Part shown: positions 19,293-28,029 of the stretch, one piece after another
Position numbering within the stretch: position 1 is the first letter of the stretch
Layout: every line of letters begins with the position of its first letter
Origin: Candidatus Gastranaerophilaceae bacterium
GTDB lineage: Bacteria > Cyanobacteriota > Vampirovibrionia > Gastranaerophilales > Gastranaerophilaceae
Length of the DNA: 64,000 bases
Reading direction: 5' to 3'
Assembly: GCA_045635965.1 (NCBI GenBank)
Contig: JAZTWQ010000004.1
Span: 36,204-100,203, forward strand
Notes under the pieces: generated by a model
Told to the model about the DNA's origin: nothing
What the model saw: only the letters and a program-made list of their open reading frames with translations
The model's database searches: none
Translations under genes and position numbers: made by a program

Positions 19293-19604
19293 ATGTCCTA
19301 TAGCTTCAACATTCCGAACAGCAGACCAATGATACAAGAGTCGCAATCAATGAAAAACAACGGCGGTGGCGGCAATACTGGCTATTTTCAAAGAGGCAGG
19401 AAGAAAAAAGAAAACGAAAAAAATACCCCCATGTTTTCTGAAAAAGATGACGCTGATTCTTTTATTTTAGAGTCAAAAGACGAAGAAAACGCTCCTCCTA
19501 AATCAGAAAAGCTACTAAAAACAATTCTAAACAAAGCAAAAGACATCCTCAAACAGCCTGAAAAGCCGTCAAACAATCCATTTGCATCTGAGGCTGAAAT
19601 GTAG
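19293..19604 (+). CDS. hypothetical low-complexity (Gly/Lys/Glu-rich) protein
   Basis: 103-aa ORF with AGGAG upstream. No recognisable family. Confidence 0.45.
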   Translation: MSYSFNIPNSRPMIQESQSMKNNGGGGNTGYFQRGRKKKENEKNTPMFSEKDDADSFILESKDEENAPPKSEKLLKTILNKAKDILKQPEKPSNNPFASEAEM

Positions 19605-19611
19605 AAATAGG

Positions 19612-20466
19612 TTACATATCTAAACCGATGTCCAAAGTTCCTGCTTTGGCAACTATTGCGCTGGAAGAAATTATATCAACACCTGTTGCGGCAATTTCGT
19701 TCACGGTTGAAAGATTCACATTACCACTTGCCTCAACAATTGCTCTACCATCTATATACTCAACGCAATCTTTCATTTGCTCAACCGTCATGTTATCAAG
19801 CATAATGATATCAGCACCTGCCGCAACCGAAGCTTTTACTTGTTCAAAAGTATCACATTCAACTTCAATTTTATGAGCATGAGAAATATTTTCTCTTACT
19901 TTTGCTACAGCATTTTCTATTGAGCCGCCTGCCAGCTTAATATGGTTATCTTTCAACATAACGCAATCGCTCAAATTAAATCTATGCAACGACCCGCCAC
20001 CAACTTTAACAGAATATTTTTCAAACATTCTAAAATTAGGCGTAGTTTTTCTTGTATCAACAATCTTAGCCTTATGCGGTGCTATTGCTTTTTGGTACTT
20101 ATTAGTTTCTGTTGCAATACCACTCATTCTTTGAATATAATTCAACGCTGTTCTTTCTCCAATAAGAATAAAACGAGCCTTACCCTCAATATCAGCGATT
20201 TTATCACCTTTTTTAATTACATCACCATCTTTAAAGTATGTTGTTACTTTAATATCTTTATCCAAAACTCTAAACACCATCAACATGACATCCAAACCAC
20301 ACAAGATACCATCTTGACGTGTATTAAGCTCGGCTTTAATAACATCATCTTCATTTGCTAAATAATCAGTTGAAATATCACCAAAACCAATATCTTCTTT
20401 TAACGCTGATTTTACATGTTCTTCAATTATAAAATTATGCAATAAAAATTTTGTCATTTTTTTCAT
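19612..20466 (-). CDS. nadC: nicotinate-nucleotide pyrophosphorylase (quinolinate phosphoribosyltransferase)
   Basis: ALKEDIGFGDISTD, TRKTTPNFR, MLDNM motifs. The true start may be an internal ATG. Confidence 0.9.
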   Translation of the reverse strand: MKKMTKFLLHNFIIEEHVKSALKEDIGFGDISTDYLANEDDVIKAELNTRQDGILCGLDVMLMVFRVLDKDIKVTTYFKDGDVIKKGDKIADIEGKARFILIGERTALNYIQRMSGIATETNKYQKAIAPHKAKIVDTRKTTPNFRMFEKYSVKVGGGSLHRFNLSDCVMLKDNHIKLAGGSIENAVAKVRENISHAHKIEVECDTFEQVKASVAAGADIIMLDNMTVEQMKDCVEYIDGRAIVEASGNVNLSTVNEIAATGVDIISSSAIVAKAGTLDIGLDM

Positions 20467-22090
20467 CCTTAACTAAACTACTATGCCTTGCTTCCGGCAA
20501 CAAATCCGGATAATCTTTTCTATAATGTCCGCCTCTGGATTCGCAACGATTCAACGCTAATGTTGCAATAATTTTAGAGACACACAACAAATTTCTAAAT
20601 TCGTATTCCTTGAAATTAGAACATTTATTTTTATATTTAAACTCTTTTTCCAATTTTGCTATAACATCCAATGCTTTTTTCATATCCGTTTCATTTCGTT
20701 CTATGCCTACTAAATCCCACATTGTCTGTTGCAATTCTTTTTTCATTTTTTCAACATCAACTTCATAATACTCATCTATAGTTTCATAATATTTGATAGT
20801 ATCTAAAATCGCATCGTCTATAACATCTGAAACCTCAAGATTGGCAAAAGACAAATAATCCGCCAACTCATACGCAGAAACAACACATTCCAACAACGAA
20901 TTACTAGCCAATCTATTAGCACCATGCAAACCGGTACAAGCGACTTCACCAATAGCATACAAACCATCTAAAGAAGTTTTTGCATTAGTAATATTTGTCT
21001 TAATTCCTCCCATCAAATAATGACATGCCGGAGAAACGGGGATTAAATCCTTGGTTATCTCAATCCCTTTTTCCAAACATAATTTATGAATATTTGGAAA
21101 TCGTTTTAACAATTTTTCTTTGCCAATTATAGTTGCATCTAAATACGCACATCGCTCACCCGATTCTCTTAATTCTGCAAAAATAGAACGAGTTACAATA
21201 TCACGAGGTGCCAAATCCTCTAATTGATGATATTTATGCATAAAAGGTTCGCCCTTAGAATTACACAACTTAGCGCCCTCACCTCTCACTGCTTCAGAAA
21301 TCAAAAATCTACTATCATCATTAGGCAAACTTAACGCTGTAGGGTGAAACTGAACAAACTCCATATCTGAAATAACAGCACCGGCACGATAAGCAATAGC
21401 CATCCCATCACCGGTAGCAACTTGAGGATTTGTTGTATATTTATAAACTTGCCCGATTCCACCGGTAGCAAACACTGTAGCGGACGAATATACAACCTCA
21501 TATTCATCTATCGCTGATTTATAACAAATTACGCCTTTTACTTTACCCTCTTGATTTTTAATCAATTCCACAGCTAAAGCCTGTTCATAAACAGTAATAT
21601 TAGGATTTTCTAAAACTTTTTTCACAAGGGCTTTTTCCATATTTGCACCGGTTGAATCTCCACCCGCATGCAAAATTCTTTTTACGCTATGAGCACCTTC
21701 TAATGTAAAATTAAACTCATTTTTATCATTTTTATCAAACTCAACACCATACTCTAACAAATCCTTAATTACTTCATTAGAATTTTCAGAAATAAAAGTA
21801 ACAACTTTTTCATCCGACAACCCCGCGCCAGCTTTTAGCGTATCTTGAACATGAATTTTAACAGAATCAGCTATATTTTCCGGCATAACAGCAACGATAC
21901 CGCCTTGCGCATGACTAGAATTACAATCTGAAAGACTAGCTTTTGTTAAAACCAACAGCCCATCCGGTAAAGTCATTAAATCAGACAACTTTAACGCCGC
22001 ATACAACCCGGCTATACCGCTACCTACAATTATTATCGAGTATTTTGAATGTTTCACGCTGATAACCTCTATCTTATTTTCTTTTAACAA
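20435..22090 (-). CDS. nadB: L-aspartate oxidase
   Basis: FAD fold IIVGSGIAGLYAAL, HAQGGI, RGGHYR. 551 aa. Confidence 0.9.
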   Translation of the reverse strand: MLKENKIEVISVKHSKYSIIIVGSGIAGLYAALKLSDLMTLPDGLLVLTKASLSDCNSSHAQGGIVAVMPENIADSVKIHVQDTLKAGAGLSDEKVVTFISENSNEVIKDLLEYGVEFDKNDKNEFNFTLEGAHSVKRILHAGGDSTGANMEKALVKKVLENPNITVYEQALAVELIKNQEGKVKGVICYKSAIDEYEVVYSSATVFATGGIGQVYKYTTNPQVATGDGMAIAYRAGAVISDMEFVQFHPTALSLPNDDSRFLISEAVRGEGAKLCNSKGEPFMHKYHQLEDLAPRDIVTRSIFAELRESGERCAYLDATIIGKEKLLKRFPNIHKLCLEKGIEITKDLIPVSPACHYLMGGIKTNITNAKTSLDGLYAIGEVACTGLHGANRLASNSLLECVVSAYELADYLSFANLEVSDVIDDAILDTIKYYETIDEYYEVDVEKMKKELQQTMWDLVGIERNETDMKKALDVIAKLEKEFKYKNKCSNFKEYEFRNLLCVSKIIATLALNRCESRGGHYRKDYPDLLPEARHSSLVKDEKNDKIFIA

Positions 22091-22216
22091 GATATCCCTG
22101 TTTCAACATTTTATTACAAAAGAACTTTTTTTTCATCTTTTTAATTTTTAAAATCAACTTTAAATTTGATGATAATAAAAAATATTTGATTTATTATATA
22201 GGGTAAAGGAGAAAAA

Positions 22217-22540
22217 ATGCTTAACTGGGACAGCGCAGAAGAAGATAAAACACTTAAATCGGTAGGAATGGAACTTATGTTCCTTACTCGCGAAAAACAT
22301 TTCCACGACGATGGAATAACTGCTGTCGAGCTTGCAAAATTGGTTAATCTCCCTTTAGACACAGTCAAAAAGAAACTAAAAATCTTAACTGACGCACAAA
22401 TTATTCGAGTAAAAGGCATCAACCCTAAATGCTTTAAATTCGACGAATACCAATTTCAAAGAATGAACGAAGAAGACCCTATTTACAAACACTTGTGCAG
22501 TTTTGATGACGTTGATTTCGATAAATATTTTAACTACTAA
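22217..22540 (+). CDS. hypothetical winged-helix-like DNA-binding protein
   Basis: 107 aa. HTH-like ITAVELAKLVNLPLDTVKKKLKILTDAQII. GGAG upstream. Confidence 0.45.
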   Translation: MLNWDSAEEDKTLKSVGMELMFLTREKHFHDDGITAVELAKLVNLPLDTVKKKLKILTDAQIIRVKGINPKCFKFDEYQFQRMNEEDPIYKHLCSFDDVDFDKYFNY

Positions 22541-23325
22541 ATTATCAACAAACTCAACCCAATAATAAACATACCAGCTATTATACCTGTAATAACATGG
22601 TGGTTTTCGCCATATTCTCTCGCCATCGGCAATAAAGTATCAAAAGAAATATAAACCATTATACCGGCAACCGCTGCAAACATAGCGCCAACCATCCATT
22701 CAGGCATAAATATCTTCAAAAACAATATTCCAACCAAACCCGCTATCGGCTCGGATATTCCTGATAAAAAAGAATACCAAATTGCATAACGTTTTTTCCC
22801 TGTTGAATGATAAATTGGTAACGCTACCGCTATTCCTTCTGGAATGTTATGTATAGCTATCGCTATCGCAACAGGCACCCCCAAACTCAAATCATGACTT
22901 GAAACCAAAAATGTAGCCAAGCCTTCAGGAAAATTGTGCACCGCAACAGCAATTGCAGTAATCAAACCGGCTCTTTTTATTTTATGCTTATGGTTGCAAT
23001 GCTTTTGTTCAGAAAACAAATCTTCCTCAATATGGTCAGGGATAAAATAGTCAATCATAATTGCTATCAAAATCCCAATAAAGAAAAATACAAATGTTAT
23101 TAAGTTAGCAATTTTTTCACTAAAAGATGCAACCAACATAATTGACGATGATTTCATCAATTCAGTTAAGCTAATATAAACCATCACACCGGCAGAAAAG
23201 CCTAATCCAATTGACAAAGCTTTTAAGTTATTACGTTTTACAAAAAACGTCATAAAACCGCCTAACAACGTAGACATTCCGGCAAATAGTGTCAAAAGTA
23301 AGGGTAATACAATTTGTAAATTCAT
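22537..23325 (-). CDS. zupT: ZIP family zinc transporter
   Basis: Multi-TM protein with HNFPEGLA and HNIPEGIAVALP motifs. Confidence 0.88.
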   Translation of the reverse strand: MNLQIVLPLLLTLFAGMSTLLGGFMTFFVKRNNLKALSIGLGFSAGVMVYISLTELMKSSSIMLVASFSEKIANLITFVFFFIGILIAIMIDYFIPDHIEEDLFSEQKHCNHKHKIKRAGLITAIAVAVHNFPEGLATFLVSSHDLSLGVPVAIAIAIHNIPEGIAVALPIYHSTGKKRYAIWYSFLSGISEPIAGLVGILFLKIFMPEWMVGAMFAAVAGIMVYISFDTLLPMAREYGENHHVITGIIAGMFIIGLSLLII

Positions 23326-23382
23326 ACCCTTATTCTAACACGAGAAAAAAATTTGGCTAGCCGAACAAAATAAATTTATTAG

Positions 23383-23739
23383 CTATTTATGCGCACACTC
23401 TTGAACAAATGCATTTGCAATCATGCATGCTTTTTCATAAGCATGTGGATCATTTTGTTCAGACAATTTTTCATAAGCTCTATCAAAAGCCTCATCTGCC
23501 AACATCACAAGCTTTGGACTAGTTTTCAATGTTAACAAATCATTACTGATATTGTCAGTTTTAATTTGTGATTTACCGGCAATCGCACTTTGCCCAACCG
23601 GCACACCTTGAGATTTAGGTTCTTCCACAATCTCTTCAATTGATTGTTCCAAGATTTCATCTTTTACATCAGAAGGTTTTACATTCGTTTGCTTCTGAAT
23701 TGCCCCAAAATTAAGATTACTGTTAAATTCTGTACTCAT
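23383..23739 (-). CDS. hypothetical protein
   Basis: 118-aa ORF. N-terminus MSTEFNSNLNFGAIQ. Confidence 0.45.
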   Translation of the reverse strand: MSTEFNSNLNFGAIQKQTNVKPSDVKDEILEQSIEEIVEEPKSQGVPVGQSAIAGKSQIKTDNISNDLLTLKTSPKLVMLADEAFDRAYEKLSEQNDPHAYEKACMIANAFVQECAHK

Positions 23740-23940
23740 ATATCTTATCTCCGATTAATATCTTTTGCGTGTTTATTGCTTTAAAACACAAAGTAATTTT
23801 TTTTTGCTAGTAAATTTCTAAAAATATATAAATTTTTCTAAAAAAAATACTATTTAAATCCTCAAAATCAATAATAACAAGAAAAATTAATATATAAAAC
23901 TTCTTAATATTTCTTAACAAAAAGTAAAAACTGTATTAAA

Positions 23941-24726
23941 TCAATCTTTCTCACATGCCAACAATAAAATCGATTTTGGTCTGTTTTCATTACCAACAAG
24001 AGGCATTTCTGACAAATATGGCAAATTATACTGGTTTCCAGTTGGTTTACATATAGTATCACCCTCATCACGATTTGGACAAGTTAAAACAGAATATAAT
24101 TTGGAACGAGTTCTCGATAAAGTTTCAGTTCTATTCATCCCATCACTGGTATACAAAAACCATTGATCATACGCAGCCTCTGTATATCCACCACCAGATA
24201 TAATATGAGTAGAACTAGTCTTCGCTGGGTAAGTGCCATCACCAACAGCGCCTACATCAGCGTTATAAGGAGCATAAGGTCCATAACGATGAGTATTAGA
24301 CATTGCATTAGAACTATGAGTAACAAAAGGTGAAACATGCTTATGCTTATGAACCATAGTTTCTAAAGTGTCGCCGATATTTTTATCGTCTACAATAACA
24401 CCAAGGTCGTTCACCTGTGCAATTCGCAGATAGTGCCCACCCATATTCTTAATTACAGACCACCCCTCAGGACAACTCGTACGCCTAAAAAACATAACAG
24501 CGCCAGACTCTACAGAGTCCCGTTCTTCTTGTGGTTGTTCTCGTATTTGCTCACGAAGTTGATCGATTTGTCGTTGCAATATTTGCATTTGAGTATTAGT
24601 CAAAGTTTCGTTTCTCAACTGACGAGAAATCATAGGAGCCGACATCCCAAGTGCAATTGTAGCTATCAACAACACAACCATCGCTTCGACCAAGGAAAAT
24701 GCATTTTCCTGCTTTAATTCTATCAT
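23941..24726 (-). CDS. pilin-like protein, subfamily A (prepilin-type signal plus tail-collar-like domain)
   Basis: NA|FSLVEAMVVLLIATIALGMSAPMI. Also GAVMFF..CPEGW, MVHKHKH, and ends NENRPKSILLLACEKD. Confidence 0.7.
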   Translation of the reverse strand: MIELKQENAFSLVEAMVVLLIATIALGMSAPMISRQLRNETLTNTQMQILQRQIDQLREQIREQPQEERDSVESGAVMFFRRTSCPEGWSVIKNMGGHYLRIAQVNDLGVIVDDKNIGDTLETMVHKHKHVSPFVTHSSNAMSNTHRYGPYAPYNADVGAVGDGTYPAKTSSTHIISGGGYTEAAYDQWFLYTSDGMNRTETLSRTRSKLYSVLTCPNRDEGDTICKPTGNQYNLPYLSEMPLVGNENRPKSILLLACEKD

Positions 24727-24914
24727 TTTAAATCCCTTCTATATTAATTTTAATGGTATAAATAATTTTCTTTCATTAACTTTGCTTGGATGGGTTTCAC
24801 CAAACCTGCGTTGTCCGTTCTTTCTATCTGCTTGGTAAAACCAACCCACATTTTTTAGTCCTTGCGGTGCGTCAAAACGACGCCCCCTACGGCTCTTAGC
24901 CCCACAATAACTAA

Positions 24915-24945
24915 GCGTCATGCCGAAATAAATTCGGCATGACGC
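24915..24945 (-). other. perfect 13-bp hairpin inside the leader ORF
   Basis: GCGTCATGCCGAA-ATAAA-TTCGGCATGACGC. Confidence 0.8.
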
Positions 24946-25040
24946 ATGATTTTTTGCTTTATCACTAGATTTTATTTTTAATTTTTCACCACGAACACTT
25001 ATTTTTTGCCCCGCAGAAGAATTTATCGGGCCGTCAATTG

Positions 25041-25046
25041 CCCCCC
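25041..25046 (-). repeat. coding-strand poly-G tract, 6 nt
   Basis: C6 on the plus strand, in the same leader context as the longer tracts. Confidence 0.9.
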
Positions 25047-25118
25047 TACAACCATGTGGGTTTTAGCCGTTTTGTTTCCCATAAAATTCTTCCTACCTTC
25101 TGGCGACCAATATAGAGA

Positions 25119-25421
25119 TTACAACTTGCTAGGCATATCTAGTCTTGGGTCAATTATACCTGTCCCAAATCTACCGCTTTCAGCCAATGGATCCATATAT
25201 TGAACAAATCTTTTAATAAGATTTGTTTCTCTTTTTGGCTCAACGTATGGTGAATAAGGGTCATATCTTTTAATATTTACCATACGAATAGCTTCAGGCG
25301 AATAACCGGCGTTTCTTAAATAGTCTTCGCTTAAAAGCCTATCCGTGTCAATAGCTGCTAATGCAGGCAATACCCCACACGCTAATGCTAAAAGAATTGT
25401 TGAAATTATTAGTTTTTTCAT
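25119..25421 (-). CDS. small secreted hypothetical protein
   Basis: MKKLIISTILLALACGVLPALAA signal peptide. The internal ATG is preferred as the start. Confidence 0.5.
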   Translation of the reverse strand: MKKLIISTILLALACGVLPALAAIDTDRLLSEDYLRNAGYSPEAIRMVNIKRYDPYSPYVEPKRETNLIKRFVQYMDPLAESGRFGTGIIDPRLDMPSKL

Positions 25422-25496
25422 ACTTTCTACCCATTTAATTAAATGTACATTCATCTATTATACATTATAATATATTTTTTAAAAAAATAAAACCAA

Positions 25497-26555
25497 CTAT
25501 TTTGCGTATTCTTTTACAATTTTTTCAAATTCATCCAATAATTCGCATTCTGGAACTTTTTTAATTATTTCACCTTTTTTGAATATGTAGCCTTCACCAA
25601 TTGCACCAGCTATTCCAAAATCTGCATGTTTTGCTTCCCCCGGACCATTTACAGGGCACCCCATAACAGCTAGTGTCAGTGGCTTGTCGTAATTTTTAAA
25701 TCTTTCTTCAACTTTTTTGGCTAGAGAGATTAAATCAATTTGAGTTCTTCCACAAGTTGGGCAAGATATAAAATTAATTCCTTTTTGTCTCAATTCAAGT
25801 GATTTTAAAATTTCAAAACCAGCATAAACTTCTTCTATTGGGTTTTCGGTTAGCGAAACTCTTATTGTGTCACCAATTCCTTGCGAAAGTATTGCGCCAA
25901 TTCCTGCACCTGATTTTATTAAACCCGCTTTTAAAGTCCCCGCTTCAGTTACGCCAACATGGAGAGGATATTCGATTTTTTTTGATATCAAATTATATGC
26001 CTCAATCGTTGTCAAGACAGAGCTGGATTTTAGAGAAACTTTTATTAGGTCAAAATCATTGTCTTCTAATATTTTTATGTGTCTTAATGCACTTTCGACC
26101 ATTTTTTCAGCTAAAGACATTTCATTGTTTTGTTCCAAGTCTTTTTGTAGAGAACCGGCATTTATTCCTATTCTTATCGGCGACTTATTTGTTTTTGCAA
26201 GAGCAACAACTTTTTTTACGTTTTCAGCATTGCCAATGTTTCCGGGGTTAAGTCGAAGAGCATCAATTCCGTTCTCTATACATTGTATTGCTAATCTGTA
26301 ATCAAAATGTATATCAGCAATCAAGGGAATTGGAGATTGTTTTTTTATTTCTTTTATTGCGCTTGCAGCATCTTTATTTAAAACAGCAAGCCTTATTAAT
26401 TCGCAACCTGCGTCAGCAAGCTCGTTAATTTGAAATAGTGTCGCTTTTACATCTCGAGTATCAGTATTGCACATCGACTGTACACTGATTGGCGAATCCG
26501 AACCTATTTTAATATTTCCTATTTGAAGTTGTTTTGTTTTTCTTCTTTTTATCAT
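25497..26555 (-). CDS. ispG: 4-hydroxy-3-methylbut-2-en-1-yl diphosphate synthase
   Basis: IGSDSPISVQSM, GINAGS, SCPTCGR...GCPVNGPGE cluster motifs. Confidence 0.92.
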   Translation of the reverse strand: MIKRRKTKQLQIGNIKIGSDSPISVQSMCNTDTRDVKATLFQINELADAGCELIRLAVLNKDAASAIKEIKKQSPIPLIADIHFDYRLAIQCIENGIDALRLNPGNIGNAENVKKVVALAKTNKSPIRIGINAGSLQKDLEQNNEMSLAEKMVESALRHIKILEDNDFDLIKVSLKSSSVLTTIEAYNLISKKIEYPLHVGVTEAGTLKAGLIKSGAGIGAILSQGIGDTIRVSLTENPIEEVYAGFEILKSLELRQKGINFISCPTCGRTQIDLISLAKKVEERFKNYDKPLTLAVMGCPVNGPGEAKHADFGIAGAIGEGYIFKKGEIIKKVPECELLDEFEKIVKEYAK

Positions 26556-26593
26556 AATATTTATATAACACAAAAATGATAAGTAAATAAAAT

Positions 26594-27358
26594 ATGGAGA
26601 AAATTATGAAAATAGCTGTAATTTCTGATATTCATGGCAATATGCAAGCTTTAGAGGCTGTTTTAGACAGTATTAATAAAGAAGATTGTGAAAAAATATT
26701 TTGCTTAGGCGATTTAGCTATGGCTGGTCCTCAACCAAACGAGACTATTAATAAAATTAAAGAATTGATAAATATTGGGAATTTCGAATTAATCCAAGGA
26801 AACACTGATGAATATTTATCAAAAAATAGTGATGAAATGTATAACGTTATAAACAAGGCTAACCCTATAATGGCGGCAGCTTATAATGCTGATAGAGAAG
26901 TTATAAGTAATGAAAATTTGGAATTTTTAAAAAGCTTACCAGCTCAAAAAACTATTGAACTAAATGGGGTAAAAATATTATTAACTCATGGCTCTCCTCG
27001 CGCCAACAATGAAAATATTTTTCCAGAATTACCAATTGAAAAAATTGAAGAAATGTTAATTGGAGTTGATGCTGATTTGATTTTTTGCGGTCATACTCAT
27101 CAACCTTGTGGATACCAAACAAATACAAAACAAACCGTTGTAAACGTTGGAAGTGTTGGACGCCCTTTAAATGAGCACCCAAGAGCTTGTTATTTATTAT
27201 TAGAAATAGTTGAGAATACTGGTGAATTTTATGTAGAGCATAAATTAATCAGATATGACAAAGAAAAAGCTGCAGAATTATTAAAGCAACGAAACTTTGA
27301 AGGTGCTGAAAAATTAGCAAGCATGCTACTAAGCGCGTCAGAAAGATATCCTGCTTAG
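26594..27358 (+). CDS. metallophosphoesterase family protein (YfcE/MJ0936-like)
   Basis: ISDIHGN, GDLAMAGP, GNTD, THGSP, CGHTH motifs. Confidence 0.8.
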   Translation: MEKIMKIAVISDIHGNMQALEAVLDSINKEDCEKIFCLGDLAMAGPQPNETINKIKELINIGNFELIQGNTDEYLSKNSDEMYNVINKANPIMAAAYNADREVISNENLEFLKSLPAQKTIELNGVKILLTHGSPRANNENIFPELPIEKIEEMLIGVDADLIFCGHTHQPCGYQTNTKQTVVNVGSVGRPLNEHPRACYLLLEIVENTGEFYVEHKLIRYDKEKAAELLKQRNFEGAEKLASMLLSASERYPA

Positions 27359-27468
27359 TTATAGAATGAAGTTTGATAAAATATAATGTTTTAATTAATC
27401 ATATTTCTATATGATGCATTGTTACGTGATTTTTACTAGTGTAGTTTTATGGTTAGATAGGAGATTTT

Positions 27469-28017
27469 ATGTTAGAAAATTTAAGCTTACAACAAACATT
27501 CTATTGGATTAGTCTTGTTTCAACCGTTTTGTTTATTTTAAAAATGGTTATATTTTTGTTGTTTGGCGGAGATTCTGAAGTTGAAGTGGATTTTGACTCT
27601 TATGCGGATGCAGATCCATCTTTCAGTTTCTTTTCAGTTCAATCAATATTAGCCTTTTTTATGGGACTAGGCTGGATGGGACTATTGCTCATTAAGCAAG
27701 CAACAATTAATCCATTAATGACATTTTTGATTGCTTTTGGTAGCGGTGTTTTATTTATGCTAGCAACTGCATATTTGATGTTTTGTATTAAAAAATTGAA
27801 TCAAAATGTGAAAGTTGATTTAAATGATTATGTTGGAACTGAAGGTAAAGCTTATACTTCAATCAATCCAAATGCAGAAGGTCAAATTGAAATTGTTATT
27901 AATAAAAAGTTGGTAATTATGCCCGCTATTAATATAACTGAAGAAAAAATTGAGGCATTTACGCCAATTAAAATTGAAAAAGTAGAAAATAATAAATTAT
28001 ACATAGTAAAAATTTAG
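27469..28017 (+). CDS. YqiJ/NfeD-like membrane protein
   Basis: TM helices, an acidic GGDSEVEVDFD segment and a C-terminal OB-like part. Sits immediately upstream of the flotillin gene. Confidence 0.6.
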   Translation: MLENLSLQQTFYWISLVSTVLFILKMVIFLLFGGDSEVEVDFDSYADADPSFSFFSVQSILAFFMGLGWMGLLLIKQATINPLMTFLIAFGSGVLFMLATAYLMFCIKKLNQNVKVDLNDYVGTEGKAYTSINPNAEGQIEIVINKKLVIMPAINITEEKIEAFTPIKIEKVENNKLYIVKI

Positions 28018-28029
28018 AAAGGAGAAAAA

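Larger units (their letters stand above)
24739..25082 (-). pseudogene. leader ORF of the pilin-like family, out of frame at a G6 tract
   Basis: ATG at 25082. MGNKTAKTHMVV plus G6 runs into TAA. With G7 it reads through to the listed ORF 24739..24921, whose stop lies 12 nt before the subfamily-A ATG. Confidence 0.55.

Noticed and set aside
20435-20466. 32-nt overlap of nadB and nadC as a sign of a frameshift or fusion
   Set aside because: nadC has internal in-frame ATG codons a few residues downstream that remove most of the overlap. Both proteins are full length.
22141-22422. Minus-strand 93-aa ORF overlapping 22217..22540
   Set aside because: The plus-strand ORF has a GGAG RBS and an HTH-like segment. 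The minus ORF is Ser/Phe/Ile-rich without a start context.
17822-24726. Prophage remnant suggested by tail-collar-like domains
   Set aside because: No capsid, terminase, portal, integrase or other phage genes are nearby. The domains are fused to pilin-type N-termini and the flanks are housekeeping genes.
25006-25203. Plus-strand ORF MPRRRIYRAVNCPPTT... across the G6/C6 tract (and similar 48249..48446, 48344..48535)
   Set aside because: They are antisense to the conserved leader module. Conservation among paralogs follows the minus-strand reading frame (MxNKT...GGG...GQKI), with an RBS before each minus-strand ATG.
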